A DNA stretch of 64,000 nt from the NCBI GenBank assembly GCA_040954595.2, contig CM082581.2, positions 13,465,921-13,529,920 of the forward strand. Reading direction: 5' to 3'. Positions 1-13,190 of this stretch are shown here, piece after piece. Position 1 is the first letter of the stretch. Every line of letters begins with the position of its first letter. Below the pieces are notes generated by a model. It saw nothing but the letters and a program-made list of their open reading frames with translations. It ran no database searches and was not told the DNA's origin. The position numbers and the translations under genes are program-made. This DNA comes from Balanoglossus misakiensis. Taxonomy: Eukaryota; Animalia; Hemichordata.

Positions 1-3000
1 AAATACACGCAACCTCCCCCCCCCCTCAGTCAGACCAGCGCTGCCCCTTTTAAAGCTTAACCTTCAATTAGTTACAGCAGCAATGTCATCAATGTGTCTT
101 AATGTCAGCTGATTTTCCCGTAAAATGAAAATAAAGTTCTCTCTTGAGTCACCGAGTTAGGAAACTTGGAGCTATAAAAATGTCTTGCTAACTATACTAC
201 TGCAAACTCTCTAGCCGGCCATATGCGTTTCTCTATACTCAAAGCGGCAAATGTTAACGCTAGAACGTGTCATTCTTCCGGCGTTTTTCTCGTTTTATTT
301 GTTCTTTGTAATCACAACTTTGATGAGCTGTGTTAGATTGAAATATACTGCCGCGAATAGAAGGCTAAGTCTTTACAACTGCGTACACAACAAATCATAA
401 TTAATTCTGCCTTAACCGACCTCCGACAAATTACAGCTCGTAACACCTCGCCCGAAGCAGACAATACATAGCAATGGATACCTGATCAATTGTATGATAT
501 ACGGTCAATGAATACACTAGTAATGTTTTTGTGTGTGTTTGCCTATTGGATAGTGTAGGTTGTAAGTTACAGAGATATGACTTAACATGGCATTTGTGGG
601 CAGAGAAATAGAACTTATCTGCACTGAAGCTAACGAGGAATGATCGATACACCAATTGCAAAAACTGAACATTCCATCTTGTTTGTAATCACTTAAAGTC
701 AATTGGTGCAATGAGATATGCAACGTGATATGTTAAGAGTCAGTACCCTTGACGCACTGGTTTTAGAATCATAGATATTAGAATTCTCTCGAATTAACCA
801 TATACGGTACTTTGTCCAAGTCGGTCGATAAAAACCGTAGTTTTAAACAGTTTGTGTGTCTCTATTTAATATAATACTATTTGAATTAGGTAAACATATA
901 AACATTCGGCATCGTGGAGAATAGTCTTTACTTTTTTGTCAGGAAGGAAACATTACTGTAGTGAGCTATAAGTCACCACCCAGACACGGCGATGAAATTA
1001 TTCAAAATGATGCATATAAGGACAGTGACCTGTGTGACGACATTGGCAACACGTGTGGCGTTTGCCCTGCGATAAGGGGAGAATGTCAGAATATGGGAGC
1101 GTAGCAGAATACCTTATTTAGTAATTTATCAACTTGAATGATTCTATTTTTCTGTCAAACGACCAAATCCAGGGCTAATATCAGTCTTGTATTTACTTAT
1201 TAACTTAAGACCTTGGAACACAACTGAAATAGAAGCTATTTGATCAAAATAAAAAATAGTAGAAACGTTCCCAAATATTGAAACATACACTATAAGTAGT
1301 AAACACTTATGGAAGTATGCCGATTTTATGATCTACTGCATGCTAGGAAACACACACGACTTACGTTCAAGGGCGGCTTTTTATGATGGATGTTTTTGCT
1401 GGTGAAATATGAGAATCGGAGCTGTAACAAGGGACAATTACTGGAGATGTTGCTCCGCTCAGCAAGCAAGGCTCAATAAAATATGTCATTGAAATTTATA
1501 GCACCATTTGTCAGAAATGCTCGATTGTAAAGTGTCTCTGCGTAATGAAAATGACTGATTGCCTGTACGACGCATAGAAACGTAGAAATTATGACAAAGA
1601 CCAAGAGCTGTTGTCATGGGTTGAAACCAGTTATTTGATTAAAAACTGTTGCGATTTCCAAAAAAAAAATATTAATAACAAGTGAGCACTTAAATGTCAA
1701 AAGCTCAACAATAATTATCAGATGAACTTTGTTTTACAGAGTCATCTGTCGAATCTCCCCGGGGTATGCCTGCACCCGGTGCAAATATATATTTAATTGT
1801 TTTACCTTAGATATGAAATATCTTGTGCTGGACAAACTGACAACTGGCAGTAACGTCTATACAAAGCTTTCTATACATTCCCTAAATGCAGTTGACACTT
1901 CAAAATCAAATTGTTATCCTAAGACAGGTTTTCGTCTCCTGTAGGCTAAATCAATACGCCACCCAAGAATATAAGTTATGCAAACAGACATTTCTCGGGA
2001 ACGGCAGTGTTTCCTCATGCAGACAGGATTCAGAATCGCCCCAGACCATTAATGTTACTAATGTTCCATATTTACGTGCCTGGTAGATATCTATCTACCA
2101 CAAGTACAATTTAGATAACCAAAGATATGCCCAAATTGCTCGGGATAGTTTGCTCAAGATAGTAGGCTGGCAAAGTTTACTGTGAGACTTTGAAAAACTG
2201 CTTTATGCTAAATGCATTTAAGAAATGGTATAAAAACAAACAAAGCCCATTCTCAGATAGTCTGCCTTAAATGTTAAAGCCATTGGATCAGTAATTTTCC
2301 TTCGAAAACTGTCACAGCCGATAAATTTTCTGCCAAAGCAAGATTACATCGAATATCAGTAGTCAAAAAAGAAAATATACCGGTATACCACGTATAGCTT
2401 GTGCTTGAACTCGTTTTGGTCAGGGAGTTACAGCTTCTATCATTCTCAGCTTGTTTATTGCAGGTGTCACACGTGTTGTAGCATGTGCTCACTCTTTTCG
2501 CGAATCCAGGTATCTCGGCATGATGAAGTCTGTATATCTTTCTTAAATTGAGAGTGAGTTTAGCATTTGCATGTTTGTCCACAACAACCGATAAATGCTT
2601 GGTTTTGAGTGATCAATCACTCAGCCGGCGACAGTTTCTCTGTGTGTTTTTTTCTGTTCAGCATAAAAGGGGTGATAATACTATTGTTGGTTGCCTGTAT
2701 GACCTGCAGGAGACTCTTAATAGGTGCATCCACGCACATCTGCTTGGCATTGATGCCCTTCTTGTCATTTGCATACCGAACTTGAAATTATATACGAAGC
2801 AGATGATAAGATATTCAGGAGCGTGAAGTGCTATGGTTTAAGGGGAACATAATTAATGACTAGGCTGAACTGAACTCAAATCTACTACAGTGCATCAAAC
2901 ATGCTGTGAAACAAGGCCACCATAACGCGACACCATATCTTCGGATTCAGTGCCAAAATAATAGCTATGGAAATCTTTGAAGTTTGATTTATTTCGCTGC

Positions 3001-3979
3001 ACGTGACCTAAGTCACTTCATTTTTTTCGGGGGAGGGGGGGGGGGGGGGCTTTTTCTTCGCTTGTGCTGACTGGGGGGGAACCATCTATCTATATCTATG
3101 TGTATCTAGAACTTGCGTACTGTCACGCTCATACAAGCCATATTGTAACCCTGATTCCAACCGTCATATTGAAATAAAGACAACAAAACGACACAGCTAA
3201 TGTGGATTTAATGATTTATGTAATATAGCAATACCAGTACCACATCTAGGTATAATTTCATTCCTAATTTTCATGTCCAATCCATTGAAATTATCTGTAC
3301 TGCACTATAATATTGGCAATCTGTTATGCAAATTTAATAAAGGATGCCTTTAAACGTTCCTTGAACAAAGAAGTCCCTAAGTGCTCCATAGCGCAATCTC
3401 TCAAACCAATTAACGCTACATTTTAATTGGATTTTTAAATACAATGCTACTTGGTAATACGAGAAGAAAAGGCAAATAAATGAATTATCACAAAACATTA
3501 ATCTATTGAGCTAGAACTGTAATTTGCGTCCTTCTGTCTGCGTAAAACAGTAGCCATCTTGAAAGAAGCCGATTGGGTTGAAAGCAATAATCCGTTTAAT
3601 ATGATGTATTGTCTGCCGTTACGTAGACTGCCGCGACTGAAAGACAATATTGTCCACTGGCTAAAAATAAAAGGACTGATTGACATGTCTACAAAAGTAA
3701 TAAACGAACAGAAGTACCAGTCACTGAGCTTGGTCTAAACCCAAATTAACACACGTAATACGTTATGAAGAGACTCACTTCGGCCATTGGCACATGTCTG
3801 TAGGAGTACTTAATCGATAGTGGATAAAGAGTATTAGGATGAGTGAAGTACCGTACTTGGTCATGTATTTTTATCAAACAAAATCTTCTTACCAGTACAG
3901 GGAAACAATACGGATAATGTATGTGCAAAAATGTTAAGCCTCTTTGCTTAATTTCGGGGCGAGGTTGCAAAATACCCAA

Positions 3980-4330
3980 CTCAAATGATACTCATGATGA
4001 TTACTTTCTCAATTTTATGTTTGTACTTTGATCGTAATTTAATTTGCTTTAATATCAGAATTATGCCATAGTGATATAACACTTGAAGAAATATTTACTT
4101 TGAAATGTAAGCACTCTTTAAAGCACACTGTGACAATTCTAATATCTCTCACATACATCATCTTCTTAGTAAATGCTATCAAATATCGCTTAACGTCGAA
4201 TAGGTTTGAATCATCAGAACATTGTTTTCCTCCGAATGATTGAATCTCATCTTGAAACAAGGCTATTGACCGAGTCTTTTTTCCATATTTTAAGTTTGCA
4301 TTCGGCTTTTCAAATGATCAAAGTGTTACT
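3980..4330 (-). mobile_element. Possible decayed L1/Tx1-type LINE ORF2 fragment
   Basis: Minus-strand pieces KLKIWKK and ISLWHNSDIK resemble the Tx1 motifs L..W..R.LS and PLW.N..I. Weak. Confidence 0.25.
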
Positions 4331-7300
4331 TTTTCCAATTACCTCATGAACGGCAAAGTTATGACGTCAATGGATGTTACTATGACACAAATGTGTCAAA
4401 TTAAAAAAAAATATAACGTATGAGTTTAGTTCACAGTTTACCAGGGAAATTCTTCATATTTCGTGTCATTGCACCCCCTTCCCCCACCGCTCCGTAAGAA
4501 CTCATAAGGCACCCAACACGGAAATAGAAGACATTAGTTAACCTATCCACCTGAAATAGAGAGGTAATTTTCCTTATAATAGAAACAGCAGAAATAGCAT
4601 CAATTTTGAATACATGGAAATAAATCGAAATATTTTCTTCCTTTACAGTCCAATTAGGCACAATTCGGTTCTAAACGACCTTTACTCGTGTTTGAAATGT
4701 AGTTCTTTGACAAAATCATTTACGATGACGCTGGTGATGTGACGTTTACAACATCAAAAGAGACATGAACTTTTAATTTTCCCAGATTTCTATTTCTCGT
4801 TTTGGCTATGCACCTGTTCTCGCGCAGATCCACCATGTTCAGTGTTTGGAATTTCAGCTCAAATGTTTTTTTAAACCAAAGCAATCATCTTTACGACATT
4901 GTTCTAGAGAACATTTCTGTTCCCGTTTTTTCGTAATTATTCAGATGTCTCCCTATTCGATAAAAACTACTCTGCCTCATTGAGGATAGTGGTTAAAGAT
5001 TAAAGAAGACGACATAGTGTTGTTAAGGAATTCACTACATTGTTACATTATACTACAAATTATTTACTTTGATATGAACCGTCAGTATTCATAATATAGT
5101 TAGGACTTTTGCTTAGAGTATAAAAATTGTATCGGATTGTACTTTAGGCAGCATTATATACTAACTTATTTCTCAAAGAGGTTTTTTGAATAATATAAGG
5201 ACTTCATACAAAATTCTGCCCTTGAAAATGTTAATTAAAATACATTTTTTCTGACAACACAATGTCAAAGAATTAAAACAACACAAAAGGCACCTACTTT
5301 TATGGCTTTCGTGATCTCGCTGACTGGTTCCGTCTTTAGTGGAGTTCCGTGAAACACAATCAGTGTAGACTGGACCGTTGCAACGTCGCTTCGTTAATAC
5401 TACCGTATTAATACCGCGTTCATCAGATGCCAGCGGCCTATTTATGCAGGACTGGGATGGTCTCTATCACTGCGGGCTCTCTTCAACACGACCACGTACA
5501 CCGCCTCGTTGGAAACGGAAGAAGGCAATAAAAAAAGCCAGCGCACCCCACTCTAGAGCCAATGCCTGATTAATACTAATGAACCAAATTCTAAAATATT
5601 TGCCTCTGGCCTGGATGAGTAGGCTCAGATACCTCGCAGATATTGGATACTGTACACAGTCTTTGGCACTGTTCTCTCTAATTGAAAATCTCATATTTCT
5701 CTGCGAATGAAACAGCTCCATACGCAAAATATGTAAATGATGTGAATCACGTGATTCATATTTACTGCTATGATATTGATTACTCTTCTGACTGTCAAAG
5801 GGGCATGTTAATTATATTGCAATGGACACCTCTTTGTGTCTTTTTGAGCATATTGATCACAGAATTTACGGTTGGATGTCTGATTAAATATGAGGAGAAA
5901 AGTAATTGTCTATGCCTATGACAGGATCAGTCTGATTCAGGCAAGTTAGCACCAGAAATTAAAAGTGTTTTAATATATCACTAATGATGTTTTAATTACT
6001 TTTTGTACGGAATTATTCAACCAAAACGTGTGACGCAGTCACATAGTGTTCATACAAAGAAACTCCCACACCTTTCGGGTTTGTTAGATTCTACTATGAG
6101 CTAACGTGATTTCTGGATTGTGCTGTATTAAATTGATGTCACTGTGTTTGTTCCAAAAAGGTAATAGCCGCAGACCTTTCAGAAATGACGGAGGAATTTC
6201 ATCTTGGAAGTTATTTCTCGTGTCAACACTTCATATGAATAATTACAGTTCACATTAGATGTGCTTGGAAAGGTCCTGTTCCATCATCCTCATCAAAACA
6301 GGGAGTTATATGGAATCGAGATTTTTTTAGCTACTAAGTGAAAGTGATATATAAATGTTCCTTCAACCGGAATCAAGGTTTGATATTATTTTCCTTGACT
6401 GGTGAAAATAGTGGTCTAAGGGGGCATCTCTTCTTTACAGATCCTTAAAAACCGGCTTGTGCTTTGAGTATTGATGAGAGTTAATCGCGAAAGACGAATG
6501 TTTCAGCATGAGTGACATTCTACACAAAATAATCCGAATAAATCATTCTGACTTTTTTGTACAATGTTATGGAAACCTACTGCAGAAAAACCAAACATAA
6601 TCCCAGTTTAGGTTTAGGTTGCCCGTTAATACTGACTTTGTCATCAAAGTCGCCCTCACTTAAACTTACTCGTAACATTATAGTATTTCAACGGCGTTGG
6701 TCATATTTCTGCCAATTTGTCTAATTCCAACAGTGTGTAAATGCGTGTACTTTCCTTCGTTTTATCGTCACCTCGGGACCTATATTTGTGTTAATGCCTG
6801 CAAGCGGCAGAATACACATCATTCTTGTTTCTGCACTGGTCTGTTATGAGTTTCTATTTGTTAAAAGTAGGTTCTAATGTGTCATAAAATGTATGTCTGG
6901 CTGCTAATGTGAGTCTGTAACACCATGTAGTGTGAATTTTGTCATGATAATTTGCATAATAGCAATCAATTCATGACAAATTGAAACTTTAGTGTGGCCC
7001 ACAGAACTTCTGATCAAATGTGCCAATTTATTAGCCGGATATTTTGGTTCGCTCGCATCTTGTCATTTAGTCTTTTCCCTGTTGCCTGTTCAGTTGAGTT
7101 CAGTCCAGTTCATACCTCCTGAGCTGTTCTGCTGTGTTACATTAATTTTTCAGTTTGTGATTTCTCTCTTTTCTAAAAGAGAAGTGCCAGGAACAGATAG
7201 ACAACCTCGTCAGTCATGTGACATGACTCGGCTGTTGCAGCAACAAGCCGTGACTATAAGTTACAGTTCCTGCATTTTGTAGCGGTAATAATTTACAGCC

Positions 7301-10300
7301 TCATGCACTCTAGAATGGAAAATAATGCAGTGTATCTGTGTATGACAGACGACCTACAGTTCTGTGTACTCGCCTCTAAGCCCGGCGGCAATCACTAATA
7401 ATAAGCCAATATCACAGATTAAAGAGCTATGAATCCTGTTAATATCTCCTCGCCATGAAATGACTAGAGCCCCTAATATCTCAAGAAGCATGCATGTTCT
7501 ACTTCTTCAGGGCATTTACCGTTTAGCTGAATTTGCTAAAAATCGGGCTATTATCAACTATATATAAGCTTTCTTCTTTCTGAACATGTATAATATCAGT
7601 GGAGATTAGCAAGATGGAAAATTTTGGAAAAGAAAATTAATTTTTCACCAATATTACTGCCTACAATACTTGAAAAGCAGGTCAGTTTCCAACTTGTACT
7701 ACCGGTAGTAGCAAGATTTTATTCATATAAATTCCCCAAACTTAGGGGATCTTTTCTCATCTTTCATCGAAGCCATCAGTTGCGGATAATTCTAACCTCA
7801 AAGAGATAGTTCAGAGACAATAGAATGGGTCGTTCAGTCTTCTCAGAAAAACGATATCCTTTCCCATTACTTCTGGTAATTTATTACTCGACCTCAATAA
7901 ATGGTGAATTAATATCATCCACCGCGAGTCTTTTATATAATTATTAATCAGAGCGACTTTACAAAAGGCGGAAATTAAACATTTCATCCGATGGTCGGTG
8001 CATAATTATTAGGGGTGTTGCATATCGTGCAGAAAGTTAAAAGACAGGTTTCTATCAGAATGATCTCCAGCTTTTCCCCTTTGTGTTCAAATATTGACTT
8101 GCAAGGTTCTCAAGTATATTGGAGACTTTTCTATGATCTATGTCATATTGGATATTTCACTATATTTAGATATTTTTGGTACATAATGATGTGAACAGAA
8201 ATCGATCACTACACCCCTGTAATCAATCAGAAAAGCAACGCAGTGCAGTAGCCGGTACAAATATTAAAAGTAAACGTGACGCAGCTTTCAATATCCTTCA
8301 CAGAGTTGACACTCTCGTTCGACGTTAATTAGATTTGCGGTGTGATTTTAATCAAATGCGAGCCACGCCAACATCTAGTGGTGCAAGCTCAGTACAAATA
8401 CACCGAAATTAAGCGATTACACTTTATTGATATTGTTATCCCAGATTCATTTTACTTTTATAATGCCGATTTTTTTTCATGTCCAAATCGATCATTTCAT
8501 GAACGGCAACGACTGTGTGGTTCATTCAGTTTCATTTTCTCAGCACCTCTCGACGTTCCAAAGATTTTCTTCGCACCGGAACTAGTTTTTTATGCAATAA
8601 ATTTCAGTCTGGAGCGGTACGGCGCTCTAGCACGTTTCCAACCTTGATTTGTTAACGCGCAAGTATTACTGGCCACTACACACGTCCGTTGACGAGATCT
8701 GACGCATTACATGGTAAATTTGTTTTATTATGTGTCATAAATACACAATTGAATACGCTTCTTGTTGCATTAACGCGAGTATTCCCTTTCCCACAAATGT
8801 GCCTTTTTTTCGCGTTGTCATTTAATCGTTATAAACACATTCACTGTGGTTTTAACAATATTTTACAATAGTCCCTTCTCAAGTTCGGCGTTTTGGGCAA
8901 AGTGGATTATTTTCAAAGGTGTGACACGCACACTGTATCTACTTACTGTTGCAAGTCATCCATCAAAATTGCCCACCACTGTGCGATACTCACAGAGGCC
9001 TCCCCGTACTTGCAGTTTTTTCCACCTACTTTTGTGACATTGCGTGCCCACATACCAAGAAGCATTGCACGTAAAGTGATCCATCAGAAAGTCGATGATC
9101 GCTGATAAAGAAATGTACTTCAGAGGCATTGAAACTAACCCACAATATCAAGGGATTCTAACATCTATTTGAGTTGAGATGTTTCCTTATTATTGTAGTG
9201 ATATCAGGGCACAAGTCTGGTCGACATTCCCAAACTTACGTCACACGGTCACGCATTGCACTCTGGTCTCCTTCTTGCAGATTAATGTGTGGTCCATTCT
9301 TGTGAATGTGAATGAAAACCGACCAACATTAAAGTTTAACCTTTACATAAGTGTTGCCTATAAAATTACTAAAATACGAGACTGTCAAGGTGGAAGAGAA
9401 AATCGTGTTGCTTTTACTGTCATGTTAGTAGTGTGTCCCGCACATTTTACGTCTTCTTGCCCTGTATTTATCATGCAAAAATCAACGTCACAATTACATA
9501 TAGTAAGTCACTCTCTAACTTCCCGATACCCGACCGAGAAACCTCCGCTGAGTGAGTGACGATCTTTGGGTTGATTGATAACAACATCTACGTCATAATT
9601 GGGCCTAACAACCTGTTAACCGGCAGGGATACCCGTAGAGATTTCACCGGAATATGTAATTCATTACATAAGCCAACGCCCTGGACACGATATTTGAACT
9701 TTTGTTTATTGGAGTGAACCCAGGCATTAAACACGGTAACTTGCCTTAGTACAAGATAACGCTTCGTTTGTTTCCTGTTGCATTATCGTGATCATCGCGC
9801 TATAAAATCTCGCAGTATTTCACAGGTAGGCGTGCGTCAGGTTTAAGATTTCCACTGACAGCCCGGCATCAATGTGTCGTACTATGCTGCTTTGAAAGAT
9901 TTCGAGTGGGGGAAGATCACGGAGATCTCTTATCTGCCTCAGATTGCGCGAAAAGATCATGGGTCCTATTATCTGGTACTGATCACGCGCACATGTCATT
10001 GAGTGCTGTCATCATTGCACACCATGCAATTGTTCTCTCTGATTTGACGATTTGAAGTTTCGATCATGGCGTCCATGTAAATAGTCAACGTTTGCGGTTT
10101 CAGGCTCTTTCGAACCAGCCTGATCAGTTATTCTTGATGAAACCCCCTCCCACCACAAAAATGACGATGGAACCTAACTCTGATTTAGTACTGACACACT
10201 GAGTTTTGCCCTCAGCATATTGAGTCACCATCAAACTGGACCTTTAGACAGAACCGTTGACTAAATGCGGCAAAAACGCACGTCATAAATGATTCCAATC

Positions 10301-10399
10301 CAGTTTGATCACCTTGTCGGTTGTTTTAAATTTTCATCGCAATTGCTCATTCAAATGCACATTTTCACACAAAGGCTTCCAGAGTTGACGCCCCGTATG

Positions 10400-10740
10400 C
10401 AAGACAACTAGACCCCATCTTCGGCGGTTGTAATCCCCGTGTAATTTAAAATTAATGCATCACATCAAACCTATCCAACACGAACAAGGTGTAATTATTT
10501 TCTATGACAGGAAGTCCAATCATACGCATTAGGTTTTTACGAGTGTGTGAGTGAGTGATTTCAAGGCAGTGGATTGATTAATTCCTGCCGCTTGTTCAAT
10601 TCTCTAGAAGGGTGTGGCAACCAGGGTTGCTGTATTCTAAGACCATTAAAATTTTAGTTGTCTGAGATTCATTAAATATCTCCAACGAAGGCTCTCTTTG
10701 GCAAAACCATAGTCCATCCCTCACATCGATTGATAGAGGG
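10400..10740 (-). mobile_element. Highly decayed CR1/L2-type LINE ORF2 fragment (C-terminal to the RT core)
   Basis: Frameshifted minus-strand pieces KRAF, VLEYSNP, LEN..AAR-like and MRMIGLPVIEN appear in the order of the CR1 consensus (IKRxF..LEY..W.P..LE..Q..A..L.LP.LE). Recognised by eye only; boundaries approximate. Confidence 0.4.
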
Positions 10741-10783
10741 GATTGTACGCAATGAAACATTATTCGTTCAGTCAACTGATCAA

Positions 10784-10840
10784 GTTGTTGTTGTTGTTGT
10801 TGCTGCTGTTGTTGTTATTGTTGTTGTTGTTGTTGTCGTT
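10784..10840 (+). repeat. (GTT)n microsatellite, imperfect
   Basis: Directly visible. It explains the poly-Leu ORF 10743-10928. Confidence 0.95.
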
Positions 10841-12199
10841 TCCGTTTCTTTATTCCTCCCCAAAAGAAATTGAAGAAATCATCTTGAATATGAATGATGA
10901 CAGTGACAAACACTGTGATATCAAATAAAAGTAACTCACACAAGTTAAATTATTGACCAAGTGTGGATCACACATATGCTGAAAGGTTATCCATGTATTA
11001 TCAATAAATCATGACATAGTTATTGACGTGTAACATAATGTTGTATCTGTTTTACAAGTTGCCCTGCGTTATAGTTGCACTTGATTTTGAATCAACCATA
11101 TTTAGATGCTGGGTCATCTTTTTCTCCAAGCAAATTTCGTACAAAGTTAAATATTCATTGCAACTTTTGTTATTAAGTTTTATCCTGGAATCCATCTTTT
11201 ATTAATCTGACTGACAGGTTTAAATCTCCTGGTCTTAGTAAATTGCCTGCAAGCTGTATTCTACATGTATGTCTTAAGTCCATCGTTATTATGCTTCTCA
11301 AGCATTTCCTGGTATTTGTCTTTGCGGGTACATTGTACTTTGATTGTGTCAGTCCTTCGACCTACATCCGCATGAATGTAAGGATCTATAATACAGACAG
11401 ACCTTGTATTTTGTTCAAAGAATCTCACAGCTATCTGGTTTTAGTTCCACGTACCCTTGCAAAACACAGCCTACAAATCTAAAGTAGTGGACCCAAAGTC
11501 ATTCACATTTCTCTGTTACTGTTCAAAATCCAGCTTACTATTGATGCGAGGCGGGGGTAATTATAAAACGACAAACACTCACTTAGAATGCAAAACTATT
11601 TGTGAGGGTTACGGCCTATTCTCATCGATGTGAGAAATTAATTGCATGTGTCTGTTTAAGGTCCCACGCTGAAATTATCGAAACAACCTGAAACAGCTTG
11701 CGTGGGAGAATATGTAGGTGTACCTGTACGAGTTATTATCGATTAGGACCAGGAATCTAGTCTACACTCGAGTCCATTAAGGGTACTTGCCCGGTGAAAC
11801 GTGCCTTGTTGGAGTAAAGAAGTAGTGAACGCCAGCTATAATGAACACGGCAAAACAAGGTATATTTGTATGTAATGCTTGAACACATGATAACTTAAGC
11901 CCCAGGCAATGTACTGTAAAATCTTGGCGAACCATCAGAGGTGCCATATTGCTTTGATAAACTACTCCGTTCTGTTCATTTTAATCATTTCTGCTGTCGG
12001 CCAAAACACAGTAAAACAAATTGATATTTGGGCTAATGATGCTCGCTCCGGGTGAGGACTTTTTAGTGCGATTGATGTAGTTGGGATTGAAGGTTCAAAC
12101 GCCAATTGAATCCACCCTCTGCATGCAATTCTTGTCGCCATTCAGACATAGATGGGGAATAGACTTTTATCAATTTTTTAAAACGACAACATGCCTTAC

Positions 12200-13190
12200 A
12201 TGGTGATACTTCGGGTTTTTTGCTGTCTGAGGTTTGAATGCCACAAAGCAAAATTTGATAGCAACCTCTCTACCATGTCGACACTGACAATACCAATTAA
12301 CTCTTTAAATGTCGGTGTTGTTGAACTTGTTGTTGTTGTTCAGTTGCCAAGGGAATAACCATGGTAGTGACTGGTAATTCACCCCTAATCGACCAACTTG
12401 TATCGAGATGCACGAGACCGTAAATTCCCATTCGTGGAGAAAATGTCAAAAATATGTAGGAGCCACCCGTGGCAGACAACCGTGACGCCCTGAGGGTACA
12501 ATATCGACATCTGATGGTACAGCGGTGTGAGATTCATAACTCCAAATTGATTTTTAATGTACAGGTCTACTTGATTCGGCACGCTCTAGTTGTTTCTTGG
12601 TCTTAACAAAATCAGCAGACGGCTTCTCGGGCTTGGACTGACCTGCGACTACTTTTTTGTGAATCTATCTTTGTTAAACAAAAATAGTGAAACTTGCGCT
12701 TTTGGAGGAATAAAACCATAAATGTCGACGGGGTTTAGTTGCATCCATAAATGAGAAGTAAATGGAGATTTATCAAAAAGTAAAACTACATTTATATAGA
12801 TTGCTATCTGAAAACATATAAATTGTTATTGTACCCAGTTTACATAATGCGTCAGATGCAAATATTTATATATTGACAGAATTTATTCCCAGAGACTTTC
12901 TATATATTCCAGTTATATCTTTTATAATCACCACAATGCCGGGCGGGCAATGCCTTCAGTCAGACCCTTGGTAACAACTGAGACCACCTGGTTTATTCCA
13001 CTCTGCGGCATTTCACCGTTTGATGGCGCTGCATTCAACTTGTCTGCCGACTGCCTTGTACAGAAAGTAGGCGAGTTGCTCTGAGAGAACTTGTCATGGT
13101 CTTTCTGGAGTGGAAGTATAAAGGTTCGGTTTATTGTCGACTTGGTGACTGGAGAGCTGTTCCAATGTTCAGTGGTGCTTTTTGTCGGCA
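12200..13190 (-). mobile_element. Possible decayed reverse transcriptase of a DIRS/Ngaro-type retrotransposon
   Basis: Collinear frameshifted pieces: HW...FILPL, MNLTPLYHQMSI (resembles DLxxxYHxIxI), GSYIFLTF..MGIYGLVHLDTSW (resembles PYIFTK..GI..YLDD.W) and HGYSLGN..TPTFKELIGIVSVDM (resembles GF.IN..KS..PT..E.LG..ID). Recognised by eye only. Confidence 0.35.

Noticed and set aside
976-1066. Possible minus-strand exon with a good acceptor (ctgacattctccccttatcgcag) and a hydrophobic reading VTVLICIILNNFIAVSG
   Set aside because: The donor is weak, there is no start codon or partner exon, and I recognise no homology. It cannot be supported without transcript data.
10743-10928. Signal-peptide-like poly-Leu ORF
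   Set aside because: Produced by the (GTT)n microsatellite.
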